Part shown: positions 8,911 through 18,587 of the stretch, in pieces
Numbering within the stretch: position 1 is the first letter of the stretch
Layout: every line of letters starts with the position of its first letter
From: Planctomycetota bacterium
Lineage (GTDB): Bacteria; Planctomycetota; UBA1135; UBA2386
Reading direction: 5' to 3'
DNA: 64,000 nt
NCBI GenBank assembly: GCA_965250175.1
Contig: CBDFNI010000009.1
Coordinates: forward strand, 1,258,265 to 1,322,264
The notes under the pieces: model-generated
Told to the model about the DNA's origin: nothing
The model's input: the letters and a program-made list of their open reading frames with translations, nothing else
Databases searched by the model: none
Made by a program: the position numbers and the translations under genes

Positions 8911-10305
8911 CTAGCAGGCCGTTGAAGAAGGGGTGATTTGGAGATTGTCGATCCCGAGACATCCGTTTTCTGCCCCGGGATTCTTATGGCGGAAAATAAT
9001 GGCAGTCATTGCGATCCAGCAAGCTGGTTGGGGCCAAACAGATCCACAAAGCTCATATACGCGGCTGAGGAAGCCCTCAAAGCCCCTCTGCAATCCCCTT
9101 GGCGTCCCAACTCCAAACAGGCTACGCATGATCGTGCCAAGATTGCGTGCAGCGACATGGACCACGTACCGCTTTTTGACATTCTCGATGCCGCGCAACC
9201 AAGTCCGGCGTGCACCGCCTGACCCACAGGTGTGCGCAAAGCTTCTCTCCACTCGTTCACTTCGTAAGCGCTGGAGCTTTTTGGATCGCGATCCTGCAAC
9301 ACGCCGACGGTTTGCTCGATAAGCATCCTGCCACGATTCTGGTTTGTCCGTCCACTTGCGGCGGTTCTGTGACCGCGGCTGTGGTATGTAAGAAAGTATC
9401 TCTCTCTCGCTTAGCCATGCCAGGGTTTCAACTTTGTGGTAGCCCTTGTCGGCGACAACTGCCTTGTATTGGTCATCTTGCTCAGCACTGATCAGCACCG
9501 CCTGAGCCTCAATGATTCCGTCTTTCAGTGCCTCGCTGTCAGCAGTATCTGCATGGTGGATCGTCGCGGAGACGATGATCTCGGAGTCAGTGTCCAGCGC
9601 GTGCTGTGCCTTGTAGGCAAGGTGGGTACGCCCATCCTTCATCTTCGCGATCCTGCTGTCGGGGTCTGAGGGCGACTCCCAGTCCTTGTTCGAGGTCTTC
9701 TTCCCACGGCGTTTGCGATCGAATCGCCGTAAGTCCTCCTCCGTTGGGACTTCGGCCCCTTCTTCTTTCGCAAGCTCGCGCACGTAGTCATTCCAGCCCT
9801 TGCCAGTATCCTTGCGCACAATGGACTTCATTGCAGCATTGGCTTCCAACGTCGTTGTGTCCACGGCCAGTGCCTTGCCCTTCACCATGCCCTTGGATTT
9901 GGCGATCTTGACCACGAATGCAAACACCTCTTCGTGCACTTCTACTGGCAGCCGTTTGCGGATCACGGTCAAGCTGGAGTGATCAGGGGTCATCTCTGTC
10001 AGCAAAAGCCCAAGGAATTGCTGGAGCGAGCGGCTGTCACTGCAGCGCCATGCAATCCCACGCTGTGAATCCACACCTTCGAAATAGCCGACCAGCAGCA
10101 TCCGGAAGTAGACGCCTGGCGGAATTGAAGGGCGGCCGCCTTCCTTGTAGTAGGGCTCGCAAAGCGATTCGACATAGTGATCGAACTTCGCTTCGCTGAG
10201 AAGCTCATTCAGCTTCGCGTAAAACGGGTGCCCTGGAGATCGGGGAAGATTGGTCGTCGAGACCAAAAGTGCTTGCTGCTTGTCGCGTCGTTTGCCAAGT
10301 GCCAT
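8911..10305 (-). CDS. IS5-family transposase (DUF772 N-terminus + DDE_Tnp_1)
   Basis: N-terminus ...YYKEGGRPSIPPGVYFRMLLVGYFEGVDSQRGIAWRCSDSRSLQQFLGL is the hallmark of DUF772/IS5-group transposases. Confidence 0.8.
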   Translation of the reverse strand: MALGKRRDKQQALLVSTTNLPRSPGHPFYAKLNELLSEAKFDHYVESLCEPYYKEGGRPSIPPGVYFRMLLVGYFEGVDSQRGIAWRCSDSRSLQQFLGLLLTEMTPDHSSLTVIRKRLPVEVHEEVFAFVVKIAKSKGMVKGKALAVDTTTLEANAAMKSIVRKDTGKGWNDYVRELAKEEGAEVPTEEDLRRFDRKRRGKKTSNKDWESPSDPDSRIAKMKDGRTHLAYKAQHALDTDSEIIVSATIHHADTADSEALKDGIIEAQAVLISAEQDDQYKAVVADKGYHKVETLAWLSEREILSYIPQPRSQNRRKWTDKPESWQDAYRANRRRVAGSRSKKLQRLRSERVERSFAHTCGSGGARRTWLRGIENVKKRYVVHVAARNLGTIMRSLFGVGTPRGLQRGFEGFLSRVYELCGSVWPQPACWIAMTAIIFRHKNPGAENGCLGIDNLQITPSSTAC

Positions 10306-10395
10306 GAAATATCCACCTCCGTGATTGGGATATTATCCCTACGTACGTGGATTGGAGCACGGCTTAACTACTTGGAGTTTTTCAACGGCCTGCTA
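8912..10395 (-). mobile_element. IS5/IS1182-group insertion sequence (~1.48 kb)
   Basis: 15-bp terminal IR TAGCAGGCCGTTGAA at both ends and a 4-bp direct repeat AGGC (8908-8911 and 10396-10399). Confidence 0.75.
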
Positions 10396-10483
10396 AGGCC
10401 GAAATCTATGTGTTGGCGGGTGTGGAACATATGAACCACTGTAACCAAAGCGGCTCAATATGTGTCAGGAGAGCTTTTTTGCT

Positions 10484-11002
10484 TTATCGCCCAGCCATCC
10501 AGTTGGCTTGTTGTTCAGCGCCGGTGTGCAAATACTCAGGCTGCAGGCGTTCTTGCAGGAACAGGCGATAGAGGCCATTGATCAGGCTTTTTAATCCCAT
10601 GAAGTTCTGCATGCGGTCACCGTTGCGCTCCTCAGGGGAGCTGGCGTCCTCGTCGTCTTCCGGCAGCTTGACACTGAGCAAGGCCATGCTGGGGCCATCC
10701 AGGGTGAAACTCCACATGTCGTCGTCCTGCGCCAAGGTGAATTTGGCCCGGGTCAGACGGCGACCGTTGCGCAGGGCAGTGGCTGCTTCCGCACTCCGGC
10801 TGGGCAGGCCGTGGCGCAGGGTCTGCTGGGTTTCATCATCATCCTTGGCGGCAAAGGCAATGAAGTCATCCAGCACCAGGCCAACGATGCTGTCATTGTC
10901 GCCATCTTTACCAAGATTGAATTCGCCGCCGTCGGTTTCGATGCGATACCAAAGCCAGGTGAGAAACTCTTCGCCCAAAAAGGCGTGTGGGTTGTCTTGC
11001 AT
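10484..11002 (-). CDS. rdgC: RdgC C-terminal part (abuts the N-terminal part with a 1-nt overlap, TGATG)
   Basis: Continues the RdgC homology (PHAFLGEEFLTWL~PQGFQLLDEAELK) in the -1 frame. Confidence 0.55.
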   Translation of the reverse strand: MQDNPHAFLGEEFLTWLWYRIETDGGEFNLGKDGDNDSIVGLVLDDFIAFAAKDDDETQQTLRHGLPSRSAEAATALRNGRRLTRAKFTLAQDDDMWSFTLDGPSMALLSVKLPEDDEDASSPEERNGDRMQNFMGLKSLINGLYRLFLQERLQPEYLHTGAEQQANWMAGR

Positions 11003-11643
11003 CAGGCTCCCTCCCGCATGGTCAAGTCAGCCGCTTCTGGCTTCTTGTTCCAGCTGGGCCAATTGATCGGGCCAACCTGGTCCAGTGACTCCGACTGCTC
11101 CTTGGTAAGTCCCAGGTTCAGCGCCAACTGAAATGGGTCGGAGGCTTGCAGTGATGTGCTGAAGGTCTTGTAGAACAAGCTGGTGAAGGCCTCCTTCACC
11201 GCCTGCGAAGTGGAGAAGAGCATGATGGATGACTGCTCCGGCAGGTAGACCAGGTCCACAAGATTGATGGAAGGCAGTACTCGAGGCAGGAGTTTCTGCA
11301 TCAAGTCTTCCTTCAGATCCTTCTTTTCGCTGCTGGTTAGTTTGCGACCTTCTGCTCGCTCCGCCGCGGTGCGGTGGATGGCCATCCACTTGGTGGGGAT
11401 GGCTTTCTTGTCGATGCGAAAGCGCATCCAGACCTTGCCATCAAAGTCCATATCCTCCAGCTCGAAGCTGTTGCCGCTGGGATCAGCCTGCGTTACCCAG
11501 CCCACTGAAGTTTCTTCAGAAGCGGCATTCTCGATACTGCGGAACCTGTGTTTGGCCAGGTTTTGCGCAAAGCTGTCGCTTTGCAGATCAGGCATTGCGC
11601 CCTCGATTGCGTAGAAGATGACGCTGCCACTGCGGCGGAACAT
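11002..11643 (-). CDS. rdgC: RdgC N-terminal part (gene split by a frameshift)
   Basis: Aligns to E. coli RdgC: MFRRSGSVIFYAI~MLWFKNLMVYRL, RKLTSSEKKDLKEDLMQKLLPR~[22 protein letters not shown]. Confidence 0.6.
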   Translation of the reverse strand: MFRRSGSVIFYAIEGAMPDLQSDSFAQNLAKHRFRSIENAASEETSVGWVTQADPSGNSFELEDMDFDGKVWMRFRIDKKAIPTKWMAIHRTAAERAEGRKLTSSEKKDLKEDLMQKLLPRVLPSINLVDLVYLPEQSSIMLFSTSQAVKEAFTSLFYKTFSTSLQASDPFQLALNLGLTKEQSESLDQVGPINWPSWNKKPEAADLTMREGA

Positions 11644-11694
11644 GGGACCCCTCCCTTTTTTGCTTTGGTAAAGTGTTCGGTGGTGCCTGGTGGC

Positions 11695-12693
11695 TTACTT
11701 GTACTGCTTGGGCAGATGTGGGCGCAGGCTCTCCTCGCGGATTGCCAGGTCAATCATGCCTCGATTTACCTTGTGGTGCAGGGCTCCCAGTTTCTCTTTG
11801 GCCGGCGTGTAGAGTTTGACAATGTGCTGGACCTGTGCCCGGTCTTTGGCAGGGGTGTCACCCTTGGTCAAGCTCAGCAGCTTGATCAGGTGGAAGCCAT
11901 ATCTCGTCCGCACAATGTCGGATACCTCGCCTACCTTGAGGGAGAACATGGCCTGCGCAAAGATGCGGTCCAAGTTGGGGTCCTTCCAGCTGACCTCTGG
12001 CATCTTGCCTTCGTTGATCCGCGTCTCCGGATCCATGGAGTGTCGCTTGGCCAAAGCGCCAAAGTCGGCGCCGGCTTCCAGCTCTGCTTGGATCTTGATG
12101 ATTTCATTCTTGGCCGCTGTGGCATACCTGCCAAAGCTGGCTTCCGAGGCCCGTGCCAGGAACAAGGCTTCCAAGGCTGCGGTCTTCGGGTTGGCCTGTC
12201 CCATGGCAGGATGGCTGCGGGTGAATTCTACCAACTGATCCAGCTCTTCTTGCAGGATGGGCATGCGTTCGATGGCGGCGATGGTGGTTGCCGGCAGATC
12301 GGCCAATTCCTTGCCCACTAGCATGCGTGCCTTCCGCTTCCTGATACCACCACCCTTGACCTTGACGGTGTGGGGGTTTTGCAGCGAGCTCCGCAGCTCC
12401 TGGCGTTTTTGAAAACTGCGCACCAGACCTCCGTTCTTGGCGGCGTTCTCCAGGCTGAGCTTCTCCTGTTGCAGCTTTTCCAGGGAGGCTTGCAGTTGTT
12501 TCAGCTTTTCTTCCTGAGTGAGGGGCTGGTCGGCCAACTCTGTGTCAGGCAAATCAGGTACGATGATCAGCTTTTGCTCCGCCGTGCCAGTTGGTTTGCT
12601 GGCTGGTTTGCTGGTGGGGTCTTGGGCCAACAGGGCAGAGGTGGCCAGGAGGGAGAAAACGATGGTGGGAAGTGCTGACATGGGGATGGTCAA
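11695..12693 (-). CDS. parvulin-type peptidyl-prolyl cis-trans isomerase (SurA/PrsA-like), secreted
   Basis: Signal peptide, then a PpiC rotamase domain (FGALAKRHSMDPETRINEGKMPEVSW...GFHLIKL). Confidence 0.7.
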   Translation of the reverse strand: MTIPMSALPTIVFSLLATSALLAQDPTSKPASKPTGTAEQKLIIVPDLPDTELADQPLTQEEKLKQLQASLEKLQQEKLSLENAAKNGGLVRSFQKRQELRSSLQNPHTVKVKGGGIRKRKARMLVGKELADLPATTIAAIERMPILQEELDQLVEFTRSHPAMGQANPKTAALEALFLARASEASFGRYATAAKNEIIKIQAELEAGADFGALAKRHSMDPETRINEGKMPEVSWKDPNLDRIFAQAMFSLKVGEVSDIVRTRYGFHLIKLLSLTKGDTPAKDRAQVQHIVKLYTPAKEKLGALHHKVNRGMIDLAIREESLRPHLPKQYK

Positions 12694-12778
12694 TTGGGGG
12701 GTTCAGATGGGGGCGGAGATCAGACCTGGGTGGCAGTCTGGATGCAAGTTCTAGATGATTTCTCGAGGCCTGGCCCAG

Positions 12779-13750
12779 TCAGGGTCGGCTCAGCAGCTCC
12801 GGCCTCTGGACTCGGCGAGAGCGCAGGAACTCGTCTGCCCAGTTCAGGATAGGATGAATCCCCAGAGCGGCTGTGTAGTGGGCCAAGGGCAGGAGCAGAC
12901 GTCTTGGTCGGCCCAGGGACTCCCACAAAAGGTCCTGATTCTGCCAGGGGATGACCTGGTCCAGGGTGGCAGCCACCATGAGCACCCTGTCACTGGCAAC
13001 ATAGGCCCCGAAGCGAGCCGGTTCCGTGACCACTTCCCGGGCCAGTTCACGGTGGATTTCCGAATCATTCAGGTTGTCCGTCTGGTGGCGCCAATGTCGC
13101 CATTTGATCAAGCGGCTTTCGCCGCTGTGCAGCACCAGACTAGGCAGGTCACCGCCCGCCAGACAGATCACACCGCCTTCTAGGGATGGTTCCAGGGCCA
13201 TCAGCACGCTGCCTACCAGGCCCCCGGTGGAGACGCCCAGCAAGCTGGGGTTGTTAGATTTCAGCCATGGCTGATTCCGTGCCCAGGCGAGGACCATGCG
13301 GTTGTGCTGGATCGTCCGGCGCAGCAGGGTCTCGATTTCCGGGCCCCGCTGGCCAGGTTTCATGGCTGAGGCAACCCGTTGGATCCAGGCTACGGCGTAA
13401 CCGCGCTCGGCCATGTCCTGAGCGATGTACCACATGAGACCCTGGCCGCCGGCCAGGATGGGCAGGCAGAGCAGGAATGCCTCCGGCTCTTGGTCTTCAG
13501 GCAGCAGCAGGTGGAATTCGGCATGTTCTGTGCCGCAAGTCAATTGGCCGCGAAAGATGCGACCCTTCTCGCTGCTGATGTTGAGGTCCAGGGGGACCAG
13601 GAAGTCTTCGTGGACTGGGCCGGGTAAGGCGTGGCTCTTCTGCAGATGGGCCGGCATGGGTAGCGGCGGCCGTGGGTTCCTGGGCAGGGGTTGCATGCTG
13701 CAGCCAGTCAAGCACAGCAGCAGGATTGCTCTAGAACAAGTGTTCAACAT
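12779..13750 (-). CDS. alpha/beta-hydrolase lipoprotein
   Basis: Lipobox MLNTCSRAILLLCLTGC; GxSxG motif LLGVSTGG; the longer upstream extension overlaps the next gene in another frame. Confidence 0.6.
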   Translation of the reverse strand: MLNTCSRAILLLCLTGCSMQPLPRNPRPPLPMPAHLQKSHALPGPVHEDFLVPLDLNISSEKGRIFRGQLTCGTEHAEFHLLLPEDQEPEAFLLCLPILAGGQGLMWYIAQDMAERGYAVAWIQRVASAMKPGQRGPEIETLLRRTIQHNRMVLAWARNQPWLKSNNPSLLGVSTGGLVGSVLMALEPSLEGGVICLAGGDLPSLVLHSGESRLIKWRHWRHQTDNLNDSEIHRELAREVVTEPARFGAYVASDRVLMVAATLDQVIPWQNQDLLWESLGRPRRLLLPLAHYTAALGIHPILNWADEFLRSRRVQRPELLSRP

Positions 13751-14834
13751 AGAACAAGGCGGCCTTGGTGGGGTCGCTTTCCGGTGGGCCACCGGGATAG
13801 CTTGTTGGTCCGCTGAAGATGTCAATGTTGTTGCCGATGAGGAAATTGACAAAGGTGTTTTTGTTCCAGGTGTAGCGCAGTCGCCCGAAGACCCTGGTCT
13901 CGCCATGGTCATAGGCATAAGTGCTACGCATTTCCAAGCGTAGGTCCTCCAGTACATTCTTGCCGTAGGAAAGCTTGAATGATTCCAGGTGAGAGCCGAC
14001 ACGCCAACCGCTGTGGATCCAAGACAGCTCCAAGGGGTTGTCCAGTTTGCTGGCTCGGACACGAATGGAAAGGCGGCCACGTTGGCGGCGGCTACCATGG
14101 GATTCCCGGTAATCACCGGACAATGGCATGTTCGACTTTTTGAACTCCTTGAGCACCATTTCGAAGTCAGTGACCACTCGCAGTTCTTTCAACGAGGAAC
14201 GCAAGGGACGGTTGAGCATGCGAGTGCCGTGTTCGGATACCAGGCGTTCGATGTCTTCTTGATAACGAATGTCCAGGTAGTCGGGCTCCATGACCGTGGA
14301 CTGAAAACGGTTTTGGATGGCCATGATCGGGCTGCCCAGGGCGCGCTGCACCCGGCGTCGATCTTCACCCATCAGTTCCCGCAAGAAACGCATGGAGATG
14401 CGCTCCATGGTGTTATCGATGCTGGAGATGTGCTCTTGCCGCAAGTTCCACTCCGGCAGCCGGGATCCTTCATAACGGGGTGGCGCATATGCTCTTTCCA
14501 GATCGCGAGCCAGGCGACCCTTGGAGCTGGGTTCCGGCTCTCCCCCCGATCCCGCTATACGGTTCTGCGTAGCGTCTGGGGCCGTGCCCGGTAGGCGGGC
14601 CTGTAGCGGGGCATCGAGGCTAAGTTGTGTGCCCAGGGCGTCTTCGGGTGGCAGATATTCCACGCCGATGCGCGGTGAGAGGGTCCATGCCTGTACTGTC
14701 CATGGTGCGGGCGTTGCAGCGACCCAAGCTTTTTCTCTACTGATGGAGCCGTACCCAGCAGGCTGCGAAGCGCAGCCTGCGGCAATCAACAGCCACAAAC
14801 AGGCAAGCTTCTTCAATGAAACCTCACCACTCAC
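13731..14834 (-). CDS. hypothetical lipoprotein
   Basis: Lipobox LLIAAGC after an N-terminal signal; 367 aa with no recognisable domain. Confidence 0.5.
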   Translation of the reverse strand: MSGEVSLKKLACLWLLIAAGCASQPAGYGSISREKAWVAATPAPWTVQAWTLSPRIGVEYLPPEDALGTQLSLDAPLQARLPGTAPDATQNRIAGSGGEPEPSSKGRLARDLERAYAPPRYEGSRLPEWNLRQEHISSIDNTMERISMRFLRELMGEDRRRVQRALGSPIMAIQNRFQSTVMEPDYLDIRYQEDIERLVSEHGTRMLNRPLRSSLKELRVVTDFEMVLKEFKKSNMPLSGDYRESHGSRRQRGRLSIRVRASKLDNPLELSWIHSGWRVGSHLESFKLSYGKNVLEDLRLEMRSTYAYDHGETRVFGRLRYTWNKNTFVNFLIGNNIDIFSGPTSYPGGPPESDPTKAALFYVEHLF

Positions 14835-15135
14835 AGGAGTGGATGAACACTGAGAAAAAGAGCGATGGCCTGCGCTGAGTTGAGTGCTTGTTCCAACTCT
14901 CCGCAGGCGATTCCAGAATAGGAATCTACCCCATCATATCGGCGAAATGAGGCTTATCTGAAAAGCCTGGCAATCGCATTATCTCTATGTGGGACGCGAG
15001 CTTGGGTAACCATGTTCCCTCTCGTGAGCTGCAGAATAGAGGGTCTGCAGCGCAGGGTTCGCAAGCTTCCCATGCCAAGGAACAAGACTTAGGAAAGAGG
15101 GCTCGCGAAAGAATTTGCGTTCCGCAAAAAATGGA

Positions 15136-17295
15136 TCAGCTGCCCTGGTCTTCGCCTTGTGCGGCCTGCCGCAAACCGGGGCCTGGATTAAATCGCGAAT
15201 CCAACTTCTGCGACATCTCTTCCAGCTTGGCCAGGATGTGTTTCAGCCCTTCTTGTCGAGCATACATGGTGATGCCACCGGTGAAGGGCGGGAAGCCCAT
15301 GCCCATGACCATGCCGAGATCCAGGTCTTCTTCCGCATCCACCAGACCTTCGTGCAAGCAGCGATAGGCTTCATCCACCATGGGGTAGATCAGGCGCTCC
15401 AAGACTTCGGAACGGGACAATGGATTTTCCATGTACTTCCCGCGCAAACCCTGCAGCACCTTGGTGCCGGGTCCGGGCTTCTTGCCATGGGCATCATAGA
15501 GGCCGCCACCGCTCTTCTTGCCCAGGTGACCGGCTTGCACCATGGCGGCGAACAGGCTGCTGGGCTGCATGCGTTCAGGGAAAGCCGCGGACATGACTTC
15601 GCTGACTTTGCTGGCGACATCAAAACCAACTTCATCCATGAGGCGGGCGGGCCCCATGGGCAGGCCAAAGTCCAGGATGACCTTGTCGATGAATTCAGGT
15701 TCGCTGCCTTCCAGCATCATCCGTGCTGCTTCATTTAGATACGGTGCCAGGCAGCGATTTACCAGGAAGCCGGGGTGGTCCTTGACCACCACTGGGAATT
15801 TGCCCAGACGGACTGCTAGCTTGCAGGTGGTGGCAATGGCCGCGTCGGAACTCCGCTTGCCGCGAATGACTTCCACCAACGGCATCTTCTCCGGTGGATT
15901 GAAGAAGTGCATGCCGACCACGCGCTCCGGATTTGGCAGGCCTTCAGCCATTTCGTCCACCGGCAGCGAAGAGGTGTTGGTCGCCAGGATTGCGGTATCG
16001 GGCAAGCCCTTGTCGACGGCTTGCTTGAATAGTTTCTGCTTCAGGCTGAGGTCCTCGACCACGGCCTCCAAGAAGAAGTCCCGCCGTGCAAGGTTGCTCC
16101 AGTCGGCGCTGACTGCCAGTCGATCTTGGGCCGCCACTGCCTCGTGGCGTTTGATGCTGCGGCGGCGCAGGCGTTTGTTCAGACCTCCTTGCATGCGCTG
16201 CTTGGCGCGAGCCAGGGAATTCTCATCCAGGTCGCAGAGTCTGGTGTGCACTCCTCGGTTGGCCATCAGTCCGGCAATACCGGCACCCATGGCGCCGGCG
16301 CCAATGACTTGCGCTTGTGCAACCGGCTGTGCATCGGGCGACTTGCCCAGTCGCTTGGCACGTTCGGTCAAGAAGTAGAGATGCACGAGTGCCTTGCAGG
16401 TAGGGCTGACGATAAGTTGGCCCAGGACCTTTGCCTCCTTGGCAAAGCCATCTGCCTGGCTGAGGCTGAAGGCCTCCACGCAGAGCTCCAAAGCCGCCTT
16501 GGGAGCGGCGTAGAAGCGCGCTTGGCCATGCTCTAGTTTCTTGCGCACTTTGCCGGCGACGAAGTTGCGCAGGGGTGCAAAGTTGCTCAGCCAGTAGTCC
16601 ATGCCCCTTAATTTACGCTTCGGCTGTTTGCGTTGCTTGCGTATCAAGCGCTCCACTTCTTGTTGTGCCGCCTGCATGAGGCGAGCGCTCGGCACCACTC
16701 GGTCTACCAGGCCAACGCGTTTGGCCTTGGCTGCGGTCAGGGCCTTGCCCTGCAGGATCAAGTCCAAAGCCTTTGGCAGACCAAGCAGGCGTGCCATTCT
16801 TTGGGTGCCACCAAAGCCAGGGACGATGCCGAGTTTGACTTCCGGCAAGCCAATGCTAGTGCCGCCAAGGTCACTGGCTACTCGCAGGTCAAAGCACAGC
16901 GCCATTTCCAGTCCGCCGCCCAGGCAGGGGCCCTCAATTGCTCCCACTACCGGCACCTTCAATTCCTGAAACAAGCCAAAGATGCTGCGGCCTTTACTGG
17001 CTGCGCGTTCACCTTCTTCGGCGTCTTGAATGCTCTGGATCAGGTTGATGTCAGCGCCAGCGGCAAACATGCCTGGGCCGGGGCCGGTGACGACCAGCCC
17101 TTGCAAATCCTCATTCTTCTGCAGGCGCAGGATTACTTCCTTCAAGGAATCCAAACGCCGTTCGGTCAGGGTGATGACTTGTTCCGAGCTTGGTCCCAGA
17201 CGCAGTACAGCGATGCCGGAAACGTCGGTGGTAAGTTGAACGACACCTTCTTCTGGCTGGGTCACCTGATTCTTCTCTTTGGTCACGGAGCTCAT
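15136..17295 (-). CDS. fadJ: fatty-acid oxidation complex alpha subunit (enoyl-CoA hydratase / 3-hydroxyacyl-CoA dehydrogenase)
   Basis: 719 aa with an N-terminal crotonase fold and an NAD-binding GAGAMGAGIAGLMA motif; follows the thiolase gene as in fadIJ. Confidence 0.85.
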   Translation of the reverse strand: MSSVTKEKNQVTQPEEGVVQLTTDVSGIAVLRLGPSSEQVITLTERRLDSLKEVILRLQKNEDLQGLVVTGPGPGMFAAGADINLIQSIQDAEEGERAASKGRSIFGLFQELKVPVVGAIEGPCLGGGLEMALCFDLRVASDLGGTSIGLPEVKLGIVPGFGGTQRMARLLGLPKALDLILQGKALTAAKAKRVGLVDRVVPSARLMQAAQQEVERLIRKQRKQPKRKLRGMDYWLSNFAPLRNFVAGKVRKKLEHGQARFYAAPKAALELCVEAFSLSQADGFAKEAKVLGQLIVSPTCKALVHLYFLTERAKRLGKSPDAQPVAQAQVIGAGAMGAGIAGLMANRGVHTRLCDLDENSLARAKQRMQGGLNKRLRRRSIKRHEAVAAQDRLAVSADWSNLARRDFFLEAVVEDLSLKQKLFKQAVDKGLPDTAILATNTSSLPVDEMAEGLPNPERVVGMHFFNPPEKMPLVEVIRGKRSSDAAIATTCKLAVRLGKFPVVVKDHPGFLVNRCLAPYLNEAARMMLEGSEPEFIDKVILDFGLPMGPARLMDEVGFDVASKVSEVMSAAFPERMQPSSLFAAMVQAGHLGKKSGGGLYDAHGKKPGPGTKVLQGLRGKYMENPLSRSEVLERLIYPMVDEAYRCLHEGLVDAEEDLDLGMVMGMGFPPFTGGITMYARQEGLKHILAKLEEMSQKLDSRFNPGPGLRQAAQGEDQGS

Positions 17296-18587
17296 GCTAC
17301 CTCCAACACGAACGCTTGGCCTTGGCCTCCTCCTACACAGAGGGAAACCATGCCAAATTGTTTTCCACTTGCTTGCAACTCTTTGGCCATGCTGAGCACC
17401 AGACGAGCGCCGGTCGCGCCGATGGGGTGACCAAGGGCGATAGCGCCGCCGTTGACGTTCAGTTTTTCCGAGCTGATTTCACCCATGGCTTTGCTCATGC
17501 CTAACTCTTGTTGGCAGTAGAGGTCGCTGGCGAAGGCTTCCTGGCAGGCCAGGACCTGGGCAGCAAATGCCTCATTGATTTCAAACAGGTCGATGTCTTG
17601 CAGCATCAAGCCCGCATCCTTCAGCGCCTTGGGTGCTGCATGCACTGGCCCCAGTCCCATCTGTGCGGGATCCAGGCCGGCGCGGGAACTGCCGCGCACA
17701 ATGGCCAGGGGTTGCAAGCCCAGGCTGCGTGCCTTGTCTTCTTGCATGACCAGCATGCCTACGGCGCCATCGGTGACCTGGCAAGCATTGCCAACCGTGA
17801 CATCGCCTTCTTGCTTGTCGAACACTGGCCGTAGCTTTTGCAGGTCAGTCATGCTCTGCCCGGCACGAATACCGTTGTCCATTTTGACCATGCCCTTGAA
17901 TGCCGGTGGTGGCGTGAGCGGGCTGATCTCTTGTTGCAAGCGGCCGCTCTCTTGCGCCGCTGCAGCACGCAGATGGCTTTGCAAGGCGAAGTTGTCTTGC
18001 TGCAGGCGTTGGATGCCAAAGCGTCGAGCCAGGTTCTCCGCCGTGTTACCCATCATCAAGCCGCTGACTGGATCTCGCAGACCTTCCAAGATGGCTACCC
18101 GGGGCTTCAGGAATGAAGGTCGGAAGCTGGCAAGCAGACGCAGCTTTTGCACCGGGCTCTTTGCTTTGAACATCTTCTCGAAGAAGCCTTTGAGCTTCTC
18201 GTTCATCAGCAATGGATAGTTGGACATGGATTCCGCACCACCCACCAGGAAGACCTCGCCCTGTCCTGCTCGCATGCGAACTTCAGCGGTGAACAAGGCC
18301 TCCATGCCCGAGCCGCAATTGCGCATGACCGTGAGGGCAGGCACTGACTGTGGCAGTCCTGCGCGCAAGGCTGCAACTCTGGCAACGTTGGCTTCGTTGG
18401 GGGCCGGTCCCGCACAGCCAAGGATGACTTCGTCAACCAATGCGGGGTCAAGGCCACTGCGATCCATTACTTCGCGGAACACGTGACTGGCCATGTCGGC
18501 CGCCATCGCTCCCCGGAGTTCCGTGCCCGCCTTGCAAAACGGAGTTCTCAGGCCATCGATGATGGCTAGGTTGTTTCCTTCAGTCAT
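17292..18587 (-). CDS. fadI: acetyl-CoA C-acyltransferase (3-ketoacyl-CoA thiolase)
   Basis: Thiolase motifs NACQVTDGAVGMLVM and CVGGGQGQAFVLE; its stop overlaps the fadJ start (ATGA). Confidence 0.85.
   Translation of the reverse strand: MTEGNNLAIIDGLRTPFCKAGTELRGAMAADMASHVFREVMDRSGLDPALVDEVILGCAGPAPNEANVARVAALRAGLPQSVPALTVMRNCGSGMEALFTAEVRMRAGQGEVFLVGGAESMSNYPLLMNEKLKGFFEKMFKAKSPVQKLRLLASFRPSFLKPRVAILEGLRDPVSGLMMGNTAENLARRFGIQRLQQDNFALQSHLRAAAAQESGRLQQEISPLTPPPAFKGMVKMDNGIRAGQSMTDLQKLRPVFDKQEGDVTVGNACQVTDGAVGMLVMQEDKARSLGLQPLAIVRGSSRAGLDPAQMGLGPVHAAPKALKDAGLMLQDIDLFEINEAFAAQVLACQEAFASDLYCQQELGMSKAMGEISSEKLNVNGGAIALGHPIGATGARLVLSMAKELQASGKQFGMVSLCVGGGQGQAFVLEVA

Noticed and set aside
12779-14116. 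Full 445-aa extent of the hydrolase ORF
   Set aside because: The N-terminal 122 codons overlap the upstream lipoprotein gene in another frame; a lipobox signal peptide begins at the internal ATG 13750.
15115-17430. Several long plus-strand ORFs (207, 278, 136 and 265 aa)
   Set aside because: All lie antisense inside fadJ; typical spurious ORFs of high-GC DNA with Ala/Arg/Gly-rich composition.
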